A stretch of 64,000 nucleotides of DNA from Solirubrobacteraceae bacterium (lineage in GTDB: Bacteria; Actinomycetota; Thermoleophilia; Solirubrobacterales; Solirubrobacteraceae): the NCBI GenBank assembly GCA_036271655.1, contig DATBAE010000027.1, forward strand, positions 23,411-87,410, in the 5' to 3' direction. Shown in pieces: positions 49,582-58,330 of the stretch (position 1 is the first letter of the stretch; every line of letters begins with the position of its first letter). Position numbers and translations under genes: made by a program. Below the pieces are notes generated by a model. It saw only the letters and a program-made list of their open reading frames with translations, was not told the DNA's origin and did not search any database.

Positions 49582-50754
49582 ATGCCAGGCTCCGGTTCGC
49601 CGATCCAGCTCCTACGCGTCTTCGGCATCCGCGTCACCGCGAGCCCGAGCTGGTTCGTCGTGCTGTTCATCGGGATCTACTACGGCTCGGACTACTTCCG
49701 CGACGAGCTCGGCGGCTCGGTGACGGAGGGCTATCTCGTCGCGGTCGCGGCCGTGATGCTGTTCTTCGTGTCGCTCGTCGCTCACGAGCTCGGGCACGCG
49801 CTCGTCGCGCGCCGCGAGGGGATCGAGATCAGCGGGATCGAGTTGTGGCTGCTGGGCGGCATCGCGCGCATGTCGCGCGACACGCAATCGCCGGGCGCCG
49901 AGTTCCGCGTGGCGGCGGCCGGCCCGCTCGTCACGCTCGTCCTCTTCGGGATCTTCCTCGGCCTCTCGACCCTCGTCCAGCATGGCGCGGCGCTCGACTT
50001 CGCGCGCTTCGCCGGCGATGCCGAGGCGTCGCCGACGTTCGCGCTGCTGGACTTCATCGCCTCGATCAACCTCATGCTGCTGGTCTTCAACCTGATCCCG
50101 GCGTTCCCGCTCGACGGCGGCCGGATCGCGCGCGCGGCAGCGTGGCGGCTGACGGGCGATCGCGGCCGCTCGACGCGGATCGCGGCACGGATCGGCGAGG
50201 GCTTCGCCTATCTGTTGATCGGGCTCGGCATCTTCCTCGCGTTCGCCGGCTACCTCTTCAACGGGATCTGGCTCGTCGTGCTCGGCTGGTTCATCGCGCA
50301 ATCGGCGCGAGCGGCCGTCGCATCGACGGCCTTCACGGAGCGCATCGACGGCATCACCGTCGCCGACATCATGGACGCACAGCCGGTCTCGATGCCGGCC
50401 GGCACGCCCGTCATCCAGGCGCAGGAGGAGTACTTCCTGCGCTATCGCTGGGACTGGTTTCCCGTCGTCGACGACGGCGGCCGCTTCGTCGGCGTCGTAC
50501 GTGAGCTGCACATCGACCGGGAGATCGCGGCCGGCCGGCCGGTGCGCGAGGTCGGCGAGCTCGTCGAGGCCGGCGAGGCCGAGTCCTGGCGCGTGCAGGC
50601 CGACAGGCCACTCGAGTCGCTGCTCGGCGACGAGCAGTTGCGATCGCACGGCGCGCTGATGGCGGTCGACGCCGACGGCGTGCTGCGCGGCGTCGTGACG
50701 CTCGACCAGGTGCGGCGCGCACTTACCGCCGCGCTGCCGCAGCGCCTCGCGTAG
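49582..50754 (+). CDS. M50 (site-2 protease) family metalloprotease with tandem CBS domains
   Basis: HELGHALVARREG (HExxH), NLIPAFPLDGGR, and a C-terminal CBS pair. Confidence 0.9.
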   Translation: MPGSGSPIQLLRVFGIRVTASPSWFVVLFIGIYYGSDYFRDELGGSVTEGYLVAVAAVMLFFVSLVAHELGHALVARREGIEISGIELWLLGGIARMSRDTQSPGAEFRVAAAGPLVTLVLFGIFLGLSTLVQHGAALDFARFAGDAEASPTFALLDFIASINLMLLVFNLIPAFPLDGGRIARAAAWRLTGDRGRSTRIAARIGEGFAYLLIGLGIFLAFAGYLFNGIWLVVLGWFIAQSARAAVASTAFTERIDGITVADIMDAQPVSMPAGTPVIQAQEEYFLRYRWDWFPVVDDGGRFVGVVRELHIDREIAAGRPVREVGELVEAGEAESWRVQADRPLESLLGDEQLRSHGALMAVDADGVLRGVVTLDQVRRALTAALPQRLA

Positions 50755-50824
50755 CGCTCGATCCGGGGATCCGACGCCGACGCTACCGCCGTCAGCGGGA
50801 CGTTCACCGGAGCTACATCGGGCC

Positions 50825-50834
50825 GATATATAGT
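50825..50834 (+). promoter_or_regulatory. -10-like element GATATATAGT ending 8 nt before the sdhA TTG start
   Basis: This is the only AT-rich decamer in the 88-nt intergenic region. There is no Shine-Dalgarno between it and the start, and an in-frame TAG at 50831-50833 fixes TTG 50843 as the only possible start. Confidence 0.3.
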
Positions 50835-50842
50835 CGCCATCC

Positions 50843-52537
50843 TTGCCCGCACACGACGTCCTCATCATCGGCGCCGGCCTCGCAGGCCAGCGCGCCGCGC
50901 TCGCAGCAGCCAACGCCGGCGTCAGCGTCGCGATCATGAGCAAGGTCCATCCGGTGCGCTCCCATTCGGTCGCCGCCGCGGGCGGGATCAACGCCGCGAT
51001 CGCGATCGACGACGACTGGACCGAGCACGCCTATGACACGGTCAAGGGGTCTGACTTCCTCGGCGACCAGGACGCGATCGAGATCATGTGCAGCGAAGCG
51101 CCCGGCGAGGCGATGCACCTCGAGCACATCGGTGTCACGTTTCACCGTAACGAGAAGGGCGAGCTGGACCTGCGCGCGTTCGGCGGTGCCTCCAAGAAGC
51201 GGACGGCATACGTCGCCGACATCACCGGCCAGGCGATCCTGCACGTGCTCTACGAGCAGCTCATGCGCCACCATGCGACGGTTGACCGCTTCGAGGAGTG
51301 GTTCTGCACCTCGCTCATCCTCGACGACGACGGGGAGTGCGTCGGCGCCGTCGCGCGCGACATCCGCAGCGGCACGATGGAGATCTTCAACGCGAAGTCC
51401 GTGATCCTCGCCAACGGCGGCAACGGCCAGTGCTACAAGCCGACGACGAACGCACTCATCTGCACCGGCGATGGCATCGCCCAGGCCTACCGCATCGGCG
51501 CGCCGATCATGGACATGGAGATGGTCCAGTACCACCCGACGACACTCGCGGAGAACGGCTTCCTCATCACCGAGGGCGCGCGCGGCGAGGGTGCGCACCT
51601 CCTGAACTCCGAGGGCCGGCGCTTCATGGAGGACTACGCGCCCAACAAGATGGAGCTCGCCTCGCGCGACGTCGTCTCGCGCGCCGAGCAGACCGAGATC
51701 AACGAGGGGCGCGGCGTCGGGCCTGACGGCCAGGGCATCTACCTCGACGTCACCGTCGTGCCGCGCAAGCGGGTGCTCGAGGCGCTGCGCGAGATCGTCA
51801 ACATCGGCCGCGACTTCGCCGGCACGGACATCACGCGTGAGCCGATCATGATCCGGCCCGGCCAGCACTACATCATGGGCGGAGTCAAGACCGACGTCGA
51901 CGGCCGGACGCCGGTCGAAGGCCTCTACGCCGCCGGCGAGGTCGCCTGCGTCTCGGTTCACGGCGGCAACCGGCTCGGCGCGAACTCGCTGCTGGACACG
52001 CTCATCTTCGGGCGCCGCTCGGGCGAGGACGCAGCGCGGCGCGGCGCCGAGATGGCGATGCCGCACACGCCGGCGTCGCGCCTGCGCGAGGACGCGGCGA
52101 TGATCGACGAGATCGTGAAGCGGCCCCGCACCGGACGGCGCGTGTCGGAGATCAAGGACGAGCTCGGCACGACGATGAACGAGTTCGTTGCCGTGTACCG
52201 CGACGAGGACGGGCTCAACAAGGCCCACGAGATCGTCCACCGCCTCAAGGAGGAGGCCGCGAGCGCCTACATCGACGACTACGGCACGGTCTTCAACCAG
52301 GACGTGCTCGGCGCGCTCGAGGTCGGCTACATGCTCGACTGCGCCGAGATGACGATCGTCTCGGCGATCGACCGCAAGGAGTCGCGTGGCGCGCAATACC
52401 GCCTCGACTACCCCGACCGGCACGACGAGGAGTGGCTCAAGCACATCAACGTGACCTGCGACGGCGACGGCGAGCCGCGGATCACGTATTCGCCGGTCAC
52501 GATCACGAAGTGGGAACCTGAAGTGAGGAAGTACTAG
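50843..52537 (+). CDS. sdhA: succinate dehydrogenase / fumarate reductase flavoprotein subunit
   Basis: HDVLIIGAGLAGQRAAL, SHSVAAAGGINAA, HPT and GNRLGANSLLD. Confidence 0.96.
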   Translation: MPAHDVLIIGAGLAGQRAALAAANAGVSVAIMSKVHPVRSHSVAAAGGINAAIAIDDDWTEHAYDTVKGSDFLGDQDAIEIMCSEAPGEAMHLEHIGVTFHRNEKGELDLRAFGGASKKRTAYVADITGQAILHVLYEQLMRHHATVDRFEEWFCTSLILDDDGECVGAVARDIRSGTMEIFNAKSVILANGGNGQCYKPTTNALICTGDGIAQAYRIGAPIMDMEMVQYHPTTLAENGFLITEGARGEGAHLLNSEGRRFMEDYAPNKMELASRDVVSRAEQTEINEGRGVGPDGQGIYLDVTVVPRKRVLEALREIVNIGRDFAGTDITREPIMIRPGQHYIMGGVKTDVDGRTPVEGLYAAGEVACVSVHGGNRLGANSLLDTLIFGRRSGEDAARRGAEMAMPHTPASRLREDAAMIDEIVKRPRTGRRVSEIKDELGTTMNEFVAVYRDEDGLNKAHEIVHRLKEEAASAYIDDYGTVFNQDVLGALEVGYMLDCAEMTIVSAIDRKESRGAQYRLDYPDRHDEEWLKHINVTCDGDGEPRITYSPVTITKWEPEVRKY

Positions 52538-52550
52538 TGAGGACCCTCTG

Positions 52551-53615
52551 ATGGCCGAGTTCACCCTGAGATTACGCCGCTACGACCCCGAGACCGGCGG
52601 CGGCGCATACTGGGAGGAGCACACGGTCGAGCTCGAGCCGCACCGCTCGGTGCTCGAGGGCATCCTCCAGGCCAAGGCTCGCCACGACGGCTCGATCGGG
52701 ATCCGCTGCTCGTGCCGCGCGGCGATCTGCGGCTCGTGCGGCGTGCGCATCAACGGCCATCCGGATCTCGCCTGCCACACGCATCTCGGGCATGCCAAGC
52801 AGCACTCCGCCGACGGCGTCATCGAGGTCGAGCCGATGGGCAACATGCCCGTCATCAAGGACCTCATCGTCGACATGGAGGCGGTCCACTGGAAGAAGAT
52901 CCGCCGCGTCACGCCGTGGCTGATCCCGAAGCTCCCCGTGCCCGAGCGGGAGAACATCGTGCCGCGCGAGTCGATGGTCGACGTCACGCAGTCGATGGCC
53001 TGCATCCAGTGCGGCGCCTGCGTCTCAGACTGCCTCTCGATGGAGGTCGACCCCGAGTTCATCGGCCCGGCCGCGCTCGCGAAGGCCTATCGCTTCGTCG
53101 GAGACCCGCGCGACGACCAGCACTTCGAGCGCTTGCAGGACCTTGCCGAGGACCCGCACGGGATCTACGACTGCACGCACTGCTTCCAGTGCATCGAGGC
53201 GTGCCCGAAGGGCGTCGCGCCGATGAGCCAGATCATGCGCCTGCGCCGCCTGGCCGGCAACGACTTCGACATCGAGGACATCAACAACGGCGAGCGCCAC
53301 GAGGCGGCGTTCGCGTCGCTCGTCAAGCAGTACGGCCTGCTCAACGAGTCCGAGCTGCTGCCGCGCTCGTACGCCGGCGACTCGCCGCTGGCGAAGTTCA
53401 AGCCCGCGGCCGCCGCCGAGCTGTCGAGCTCGCTGCCGGCGATCGCGAAGGCGCTGCTGCGACGCAAGGTGACTCCGGGCGGCGTGCTCAAGCCGCACCG
53501 GCTGCCCGCCGCCGATCGCAAGGCCGTCAAGCAGATCTACGAGACCGTCGAGGGCCGTGACGAGCGGCGCGAGTTCAACATCTACATCTCCGGCCGCGAC
53601 GAGGATCTGACATGA
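52551..53615 (+). CDS. sdhB: succinate dehydrogenase / fumarate reductase iron-sulfur subunit with a C-terminal extension of about 100 aa
   Basis: 2Fe-2S CSCRAAICGSCGVRING..LAC. 4Fe-4S/3Fe-4S CIQCGACVSDC and CTHCFQCIEACPKGV. 354 aa, against my recollection of about 250 aa as typical. Confidence 0.93.
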   Translation: MAEFTLRLRRYDPETGGGAYWEEHTVELEPHRSVLEGILQAKARHDGSIGIRCSCRAAICGSCGVRINGHPDLACHTHLGHAKQHSADGVIEVEPMGNMPVIKDLIVDMEAVHWKKIRRVTPWLIPKLPVPERENIVPRESMVDVTQSMACIQCGACVSDCLSMEVDPEFIGPAALAKAYRFVGDPRDDQHFERLQDLAEDPHGIYDCTHCFQCIEACPKGVAPMSQIMRLRRLAGNDFDIEDINNGERHEAAFASLVKQYGLLNESELLPRSYAGDSPLAKFKPAAAAELSSSLPAIAKALLRRKVTPGGVLKPHRLPAADRKAVKQIYETVEGRDERREFNIYISGRDEDLT

Positions 53616-54529
53616 AGGTCGCCTACTGGCCCGGCTGCGTCTCGCGCGGCTTCACCCCCGAGCTGCACGGATCGATGGCGCGCATCGCGCCGCTGCTCGA
53701 CATCGAGCTCGTCGCGCTCGATCGCGCCTCGTGCTGCGGCGCCGGCGTCATCGCCGAGCACAACACCGAGCTCGCCGACACGCTCAACGCACGCACGTTC
53801 GCGCTCGCTCAGCAGGCGCAGGGCACCGCGCTGATGATGAACATCTGCTCGACCTGCCAGGGCGCCCAGTCGGAGTGCCAGGAGCGCCTCGACGCAAGCG
53901 CCGAGTACCGCGCCCAGATCAACGAGACGCTGTCAGCCGAGGGGCTCTCCTACGAGAAGGGCCTGACGAACAAGAACTTCCTCTGGCTGCTCCTCGAGGA
54001 GCTCGGGCTCGACGAGCTGCGCGCGCGCGTGCGCCGTCCGCTGACGGACCTGCGTGTCGGCCCGTTCTACGGCTGCTACATCGTGCGCCCGACAGCCCGC
54101 CTCGGCATCGACGACGAGCATCCGCGCGACAGCTATCTCGGGCAGGTCATCGAGGCGCTCGGCGGCACGGTCACCGACTACGCGGGCTCCCACAAGTGCT
54201 GTGGCTTTCCGATCATCACGATGAACAAGGAGGCGTCACTCAAGCAGGCCGGCCGCCACCTCGGCGACGCCGTCGACGCCGGTGCCGACTGCCTCGTGAC
54301 GCCGTGCCCGTTGTGTCATCTGAACCTCGATCTGCAGCAGCCGCTTGCCGAGCGCGCGGTCGGTCGTGAGCTCGGCATGCCGGTGCTGCACCTGCCTCAG
54401 CTCGTCGGCCTCGCGCTGGGCGTGTCCCCCGATCAGCTCGGCCTGCAGCGCCACGTCGTCAAGCCGACGTCGGTGATCGACTGGACGACGTCGGTCATCG
54501 GGGAGATCGGTCGTGCTCCTGCTCCATGA
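53612..54529 (+). CDS. HdrB-like protein with two CCG (cysteine-rich) domains; SdhE-type subunit of a non-classical succinate dehydrogenase
   Basis: WPGCVSRG...SCCGAG...CSTCQG and FYGCYIVRP...HKCCGFPI...TPCPLCHLN. ATGA overlap with sdhB. Confidence 0.85.
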   Translation: MKVAYWPGCVSRGFTPELHGSMARIAPLLDIELVALDRASCCGAGVIAEHNTELADTLNARTFALAQQAQGTALMMNICSTCQGAQSECQERLDASAEYRAQINETLSAEGLSYEKGLTNKNFLWLLLEELGLDELRARVRRPLTDLRVGPFYGCYIVRPTARLGIDDEHPRDSYLGQVIEALGGTVTDYAGSHKCCGFPIITMNKEASLKQAGRHLGDAVDAGADCLVTPCPLCHLNLDLQQPLAERAVGRELGMPVLHLPQLVGLALGVSPDQLGLQRHVVKPTSVIDWTTSVIGEIGRAPAP

Positions 54530-54729
54530 CACGCCCTAAGCGCGACGCCGTCCGCCGGCTCGCCGGCAAGGTCCGGCGGGCCAGGCCCAACGGCGGCGCG
54601 AACGCGCCATCACCGTCGGCACCCGAGAGTGCCAAGCCGCTGACGCCGGCCGAGGCCGCAGCACGGATCGATGCGGCACGCGATCGGTTGCGGGCGAGGA
54701 TCGAGCCGCCCGATCCCGAGCGGGACTGA
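54526..54729 (+). CDS. hypothetical 67-aa basic protein, translationally coupled to the CCG-domain gene
   Basis: ATGA overlap at 54526-54529. Arg/Ala/Pro-rich, so it could be a high-GC artefact. It has no hydrophobic segment. Confidence 0.35.
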   Translation: MTRPKRDAVRRLAGKVRRARPNGGANAPSPSAPESAKPLTPAEAAARIDAARDRLRARIEPPDPERD

Positions 54730-54785
54730 TCCGTCCAGCGGCGAAATCGCTGGCCCGTGCACCAGCCAAGTTCCTAGACACGGAA

Positions 54786-54809
54786 AGAGGGGCCTCCCCA
54801 GGCCCCTCT
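54786..54809 (+). terminator. 9-bp stem hairpin after the sdh cluster
   Basis: AGAGGGGCC-tcccca-GGCCCCTCT lies 57 nt after the last stop. Confidence 0.45.
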
Positions 54810-54965
54810 CCCGCTGCACCGCTTTACCCCATGGAAGCCCGTTCCCATCGCTGCTCCCTTGCGATGCACAGCATGGCCGATCAGCCGCTGTCGCGCCTCC
54901 CCCGTGGCGGGTGATATTCGGGGGAGACGGCTCACCCTCGGGCGCCGATCTGCCGATACGTTCAC

Positions 54966-55577
54966 ATGGACGAGCGCGGCCCGGTGACAGTGCTGCTTGC
55001 ACGGTTCGAGGACCTCATCGAAGCGGGGCTGCGAAGCCTCATCGGTGAGGACCCGAACCTGCAAGTGGTCGCCTGGGACATCTCGCCGGACGACCTTTCG
55101 GCAGCGTTGAGCGAGCATCGGCCGCGCGTCGCGATCGTGAACCTCGGGGCGCTGCGGGCCCCAGCGGACATCAGGCGGGTCAGCGCGGCGCATCCGATGA
55201 CGCGGCTGATCGTGCTCGGCAGCCATCCGAGGCCCGCGCAGTGCGCGCAGCTGCTCGCGCTCGGCGCGACCGCCTGCCTGAGCACGGACATCGAGCGCCG
55301 TGACGTGCTCAACGCGATCCACCTCGTGTCGCGCGGGATGCACGTCCTGCCCTACGCCGGCTCCGAGCACAACGGGACATCGCTGCTGCGCGACGCGCTC
55401 ACGCTGCGCGAGGCAGACGTCCTCCAGCAGCTTCAGCTCGGGCGCTCAAACGGCGAGATCGCCGTAGCGCTGTCGGTCAGCGTCGAGACCGTCCGCACCC
55501 ACGTGCGCAGCGTCTTTCGCAAGCTCGGCGTCAAAGGCCGGCGCGAGCTGGCGACGACATCGGCTATCCAGCGCTGA
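54966..55577 (+). CDS. LuxR/NarL-type response-regulator-like protein with a degenerate receiver domain
   Basis: C-terminal LuxR HTH (LTLREADVLQQLQLGRSNGEIAVALSVSVETVRTHVRSVFRKLGV). The receiver-like N-terminus lacks the acidic pocket and the phospho-acceptor Asp (VAIVNLG). Confidence 0.85.
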   Translation: MDERGPVTVLLARFEDLIEAGLRSLIGEDPNLQVVAWDISPDDLSAALSEHRPRVAIVNLGALRAPADIRRVSAAHPMTRLIVLGSHPRPAQCAQLLALGATACLSTDIERRDVLNAIHLVSRGMHVLPYAGSEHNGTSLLRDALTLREADVLQQLQLGRSNGEIAVALSVSVETVRTHVRSVFRKLGVKGRRELATTSAIQR

Positions 55578-55927
55578 GCGCGAGCGCCTCGGCGGTGCGT
55601 GCGACGAGCGCGTGCGACGCCTCGGTGAGCTCGTTCCAGGTCGTGCGCAGCACGACGTAGCGTGCCCGTTGCAGGACCGCGGTGCGCGTGCGGTCTCGCT
55701 CGAACGCAGCGCGGGTCGCGTGGAAGGCATAGGAGTCGAACTCGAGGACGACCGACCCGCTCGCGCCGCCACAGCGCGTCGACCTCGAATCCCTCGACGT
55801 GGGCGTTGAACGACGGCTGCGGCAGCTTGGCAGCCCGCAGCAGGGCGACAAGCCGGCGCTCGGCCTGCGAGCGCGTGAACGCACTCTCGGCGATCAGCGA
55901 CCGACCCGCCTGACGCGCCTGACGCGC
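55564..55927 (-). pseudogene. frameshifted, 5'-truncated remnant of a DUF559 (Vsr-like endonuclease domain) gene
   Basis: One frame reads SLIAESAFTRSQAERRLVALLRAAKLPQPSFNAHVEGFEVDALWRRERV. A frame offset by 1 nt continues VVLEFDSYAFHATRAAFERDRTRTAVLQRARYVVLRTTWNEL. The switch lies near 55745-55762. The upstream frame opens right after a TGA at 55928-55930 with no start codon. Confidence 0.7.
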
Positions 55928-56000
55928 TCAGGAATATCGAGCGCGCCTGAGCGATCCAGCGTCGTGAGTGCGCCGCGGGCGAGTGGAGCGCGGAGCGCGA

Positions 56001-57050
56001 CTATGCAGCCGACGCGCGAGCGCCGACGAGCCCGCGCTCGACGAGTGCTTCGGCGAGCTGCACGGTGTTCAGGGCCGCGCCCTTGAGCAGGTTGTCGCCG
56101 ACGACGAAGAAGTTCAGCGCGCGCGGATCTGCGAGGTCGACGCGCACGCGGCCGACGGCAACCTCGTCGCGACCGGCGTACGCAAGCGGCGTGGGGACAT
56201 TGTCGACGACGAGGTTCGGGAACGCCGCGAGCACCTCGAGCGCGCGCTCCAGGTCGACCTCACGCTCGAACACGGCGCGCACTGCGACGCCGTGGCCGAC
56301 CATCACCGGCACACGGACGCAGGTCGGCGACACAGCCAGCGACGGGATCGCCAGGATCTTGCGCGACTCGTCGCGCAGCTTGCGCTCCTCGTCGGTGTGG
56401 TCGTCGTCGCCGAGCGTCCCGAGCAGCGGCACGACGTTGAACGCGAGCGTCGCGGCGTGGACGGTATGCGACACCTTGCCGGCAGCCGCGGCACCGTCCT
56501 CGCAGAGCTGGGTGAGGTCCGAGGCGAGCGGCGCGATCTGCGCCGCGAGCTCGTCGATCCCCTTCTGGCCCGCGCCGCCGGCCGCCTGATAGCTCGTCGC
56601 CACGATCTCGCGAAGCCCGAACTCGTCGTGCAGCGCCTTGAGCGGCAGCATCGCGACCATCGTCGTGCAGTTCGGGTTGGCGACGATCCCACGATGGCCG
56701 TCGAGCGCATCGGGGTTGACCTCCGAGACGACGAGCGGCACGTCGTCGTCACCGCGGAACGCGCTCGAGTTGTCGACGACGACGGCTCCGGCAGCGACGA
56801 AGCGCGGCGCCCACTCGCGCGACCGCGTCGCGCCGGCCGAGAAGAGCGCGATGTCGAAGCCCTGGATGTTCTCCTCGCTCAGCGCCTGGACGACGAGGCC
56901 GCCGTCGAGCTCGCGGCCGACGGAGCGCTCGGACGCGAACGGCACGACCTCTGACGCATCGAACCCGCGCGAGCGCAGCAACCGCAGCATGACCGTGCCG
57001 ACCGCGCCCGTCGCACCGACGACCGCGACGCGTGGCGCGGACGAGCTCAT
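56001..57050 (-). CDS. asd: aspartate-semialdehyde dehydrogenase
   Basis: [21 protein letters not shown] and the overall pattern. ATGA overlap with ask. Confidence 0.96.
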   Translation of the reverse strand: MSSSAPRVAVVGATGAVGTVMLRLLRSRGFDASEVVPFASERSVGRELDGGLVVQALSEENIQGFDIALFSAGATRSREWAPRFVAAGAVVVDNSSAFRGDDDVPLVVSEVNPDALDGHRGIVANPNCTTMVAMLPLKALHDEFGLREIVATSYQAAGGAGQKGIDELAAQIAPLASDLTQLCEDGAAAAGKVSHTVHAATLAFNVVPLLGTLGDDDHTDEERKLRDESRKILAIPSLAVSPTCVRVPVMVGHGVAVRAVFEREVDLERALEVLAAFPNLVVDNVPTPLAYAGRDEVAVGRVRVDLADPRALNFFVVGDNLLKGAALNTVQLAEALVERGLVGARASAA

Positions 57051-57568
57051 ACGAACTCCCCGAACGGGCGCTCTGGCCGGATCGTGCCCTCGCCGGAGAG
57101 CTCGAATGCCGCATGCAGCGCGCGCACCGCGCCGGGCACCGCATCGCCGGCGATGACGCAGGAGATCTTGATCGGCGAGGTCGAGATCATCTCGATGTTG
57201 ACGCCCTCGTCGCCGAGCACGGTGAAGACCTTTGCTGCAACGCCGGGATGCGACTTCATGCCGGCGCCGATGACGGAGACCTTGCCCATCGAGACGTCGC
57301 CACGGATCGTCAGGCCAAGCTCGTCGGCGAGCGGGGCCAGCGCGATGCGCGCATCGGCGAGGTCCGAACGCGGCACGGTGAACGACATATCCGCGACTGC
57401 GCCCTCGGTGACGGGCTCGTTCTGGATGATCATGTCGATGTTCACGTTCGCGACGGCGAGCGCGGTCGCGATCCGGCCGGCGATGCCGGGCTCGTCCGGG
57501 ACGCCCTTGATCGTGACCCGGGCCTCTTCGGTCGAATGCGTGACGGCGGTGATAAGCGGCTGTTCCAC
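57047..57568 (-). CDS. lysC: candidate aspartate kinase beta chain from an in-frame internal GTG
   Basis: The in-frame GTG at 57568 (V248) is preceded by GGAGGAGAGGAG, with 3 nt between them. It would give a 173-aa ACT-domain protein, [22 protein letters not shown].... Confidence 0.45.
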   Translation of the reverse strand: MEQPLITAVTHSTEEARVTIKGVPDEPGIAGRIATALAVANVNIDMIIQNEPVTEGAVADMSFTVPRSDLADARIALAPLADELGLTIRGDVSMGKVSVIGAGMKSHPGVAAKVFTVLGDEGVNIEMISTSPIKISCVIAGDAVPGAVRALHAAFELSGEGTIRPERPFGEFV

Positions 57569-58309
57569 GGTCTCCTCTCCTCCGACCACCACGGTACCGG
57601 GCTCGTCGGTGAAGGCCGATCGACAGTGGATCCGGACACCGTGATTGCGGGCGTACTCGACCGATCGCAGCTGCAGGACGCCGGCTCCCGAGGCCGACAT
57701 CTCGAGCATCTCCTCGAACGAGATGACCGACAGCTTGCGTGCGTCGGGCACGATCCGCGGGTCGGCGCTGAAGACGCCGGCGACATCGGTGTAGATCTCA
57801 CAGATCTCGGCACCGATCGCCGCCGCGAGCGCGACGGCGGTCGTGTCCGATCCGCCGCGGCCGAGCGTCGTGACGTCCTTCGTCGTCGAGACGCCCTGGA
57901 AGCCGGCGACGAGCACGATCGCGTCCTCGTCGAGGCCTTGCCGGATCCGATCGGCTCGCACATCTAGGATGCGCGCCTTGGTGTGCGACGTGTCTGTAAC
58001 GATCCCCGCCTGTGACCCGGTCAGAGAGATCGCTCGATGTCCAAGGTCGTTGATCGCCATCGCACACAGCGCGCATGACTGGCGCTCGCCGGTCGATAGC
58101 AGCATGTCCATCTCGCGCGGATCGGGATGCGCAGAGATCTCCTGCGCGTCGGCGATGAGTGCGTCCGTCGTCTTGCCGCGCGCGCTCAGGACCGCGACGA
58201 CGCGGTGCCCCGCCTCGCGCTTGGCCACGATCCGATGCGCCGCGCGCTTGAGGCGCTCGGCGTCGGCAACCGAAGTCCCGCCGAACTTCATGACGACCGT
58301 GCCAGACAT
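57047..58309 (-). CDS. lysC: aspartate kinase (alpha chain)
   Basis: [35 protein letters not shown] and two C-terminal ACT domains. Confidence 0.96.
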   Translation of the reverse strand: MSGTVVMKFGGTSVADAERLKRAAHRIVAKREAGHRVVAVLSARGKTTDALIADAQEISAHPDPREMDMLLSTGERQSCALCAMAINDLGHRAISLTGSQAGIVTDTSHTKARILDVRADRIRQGLDEDAIVLVAGFQGVSTTKDVTTLGRGGSDTTAVALAAAIGAEICEIYTDVAGVFSADPRIVPDARKLSVISFEEMLEMSASGAGVLQLRSVEYARNHGVRIHCRSAFTDEPGTVVVGGEETVEQPLITAVTHSTEEARVTIKGVPDEPGIAGRIATALAVANVNIDMIIQNEPVTEGAVADMSFTVPRSDLADARIALAPLADELGLTIRGDVSMGKVSVIGAGMKSHPGVAAKVFTVLGDEGVNIEMISTSPIKISCVIAGDAVPGAVRALHAAFELSGEGTIRPERPFGEFV

Positions 58310-58330
58310 GAGCGGATCGGAGGCTAGCGG

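Noticed and set aside
54810-54965. Possible riboswitch or sRNA in the 236-nt gap before the LuxR-type gene, with local hairpins CATCGC-N9-GCGATG and CTCCCCC-N16-GGGGGAG
   Set aside because: There is no resemblance to any riboswitch consensus that I know. Short GC-rich hairpins are expected by chance at this GC content. I keep it only as an untested leader region.
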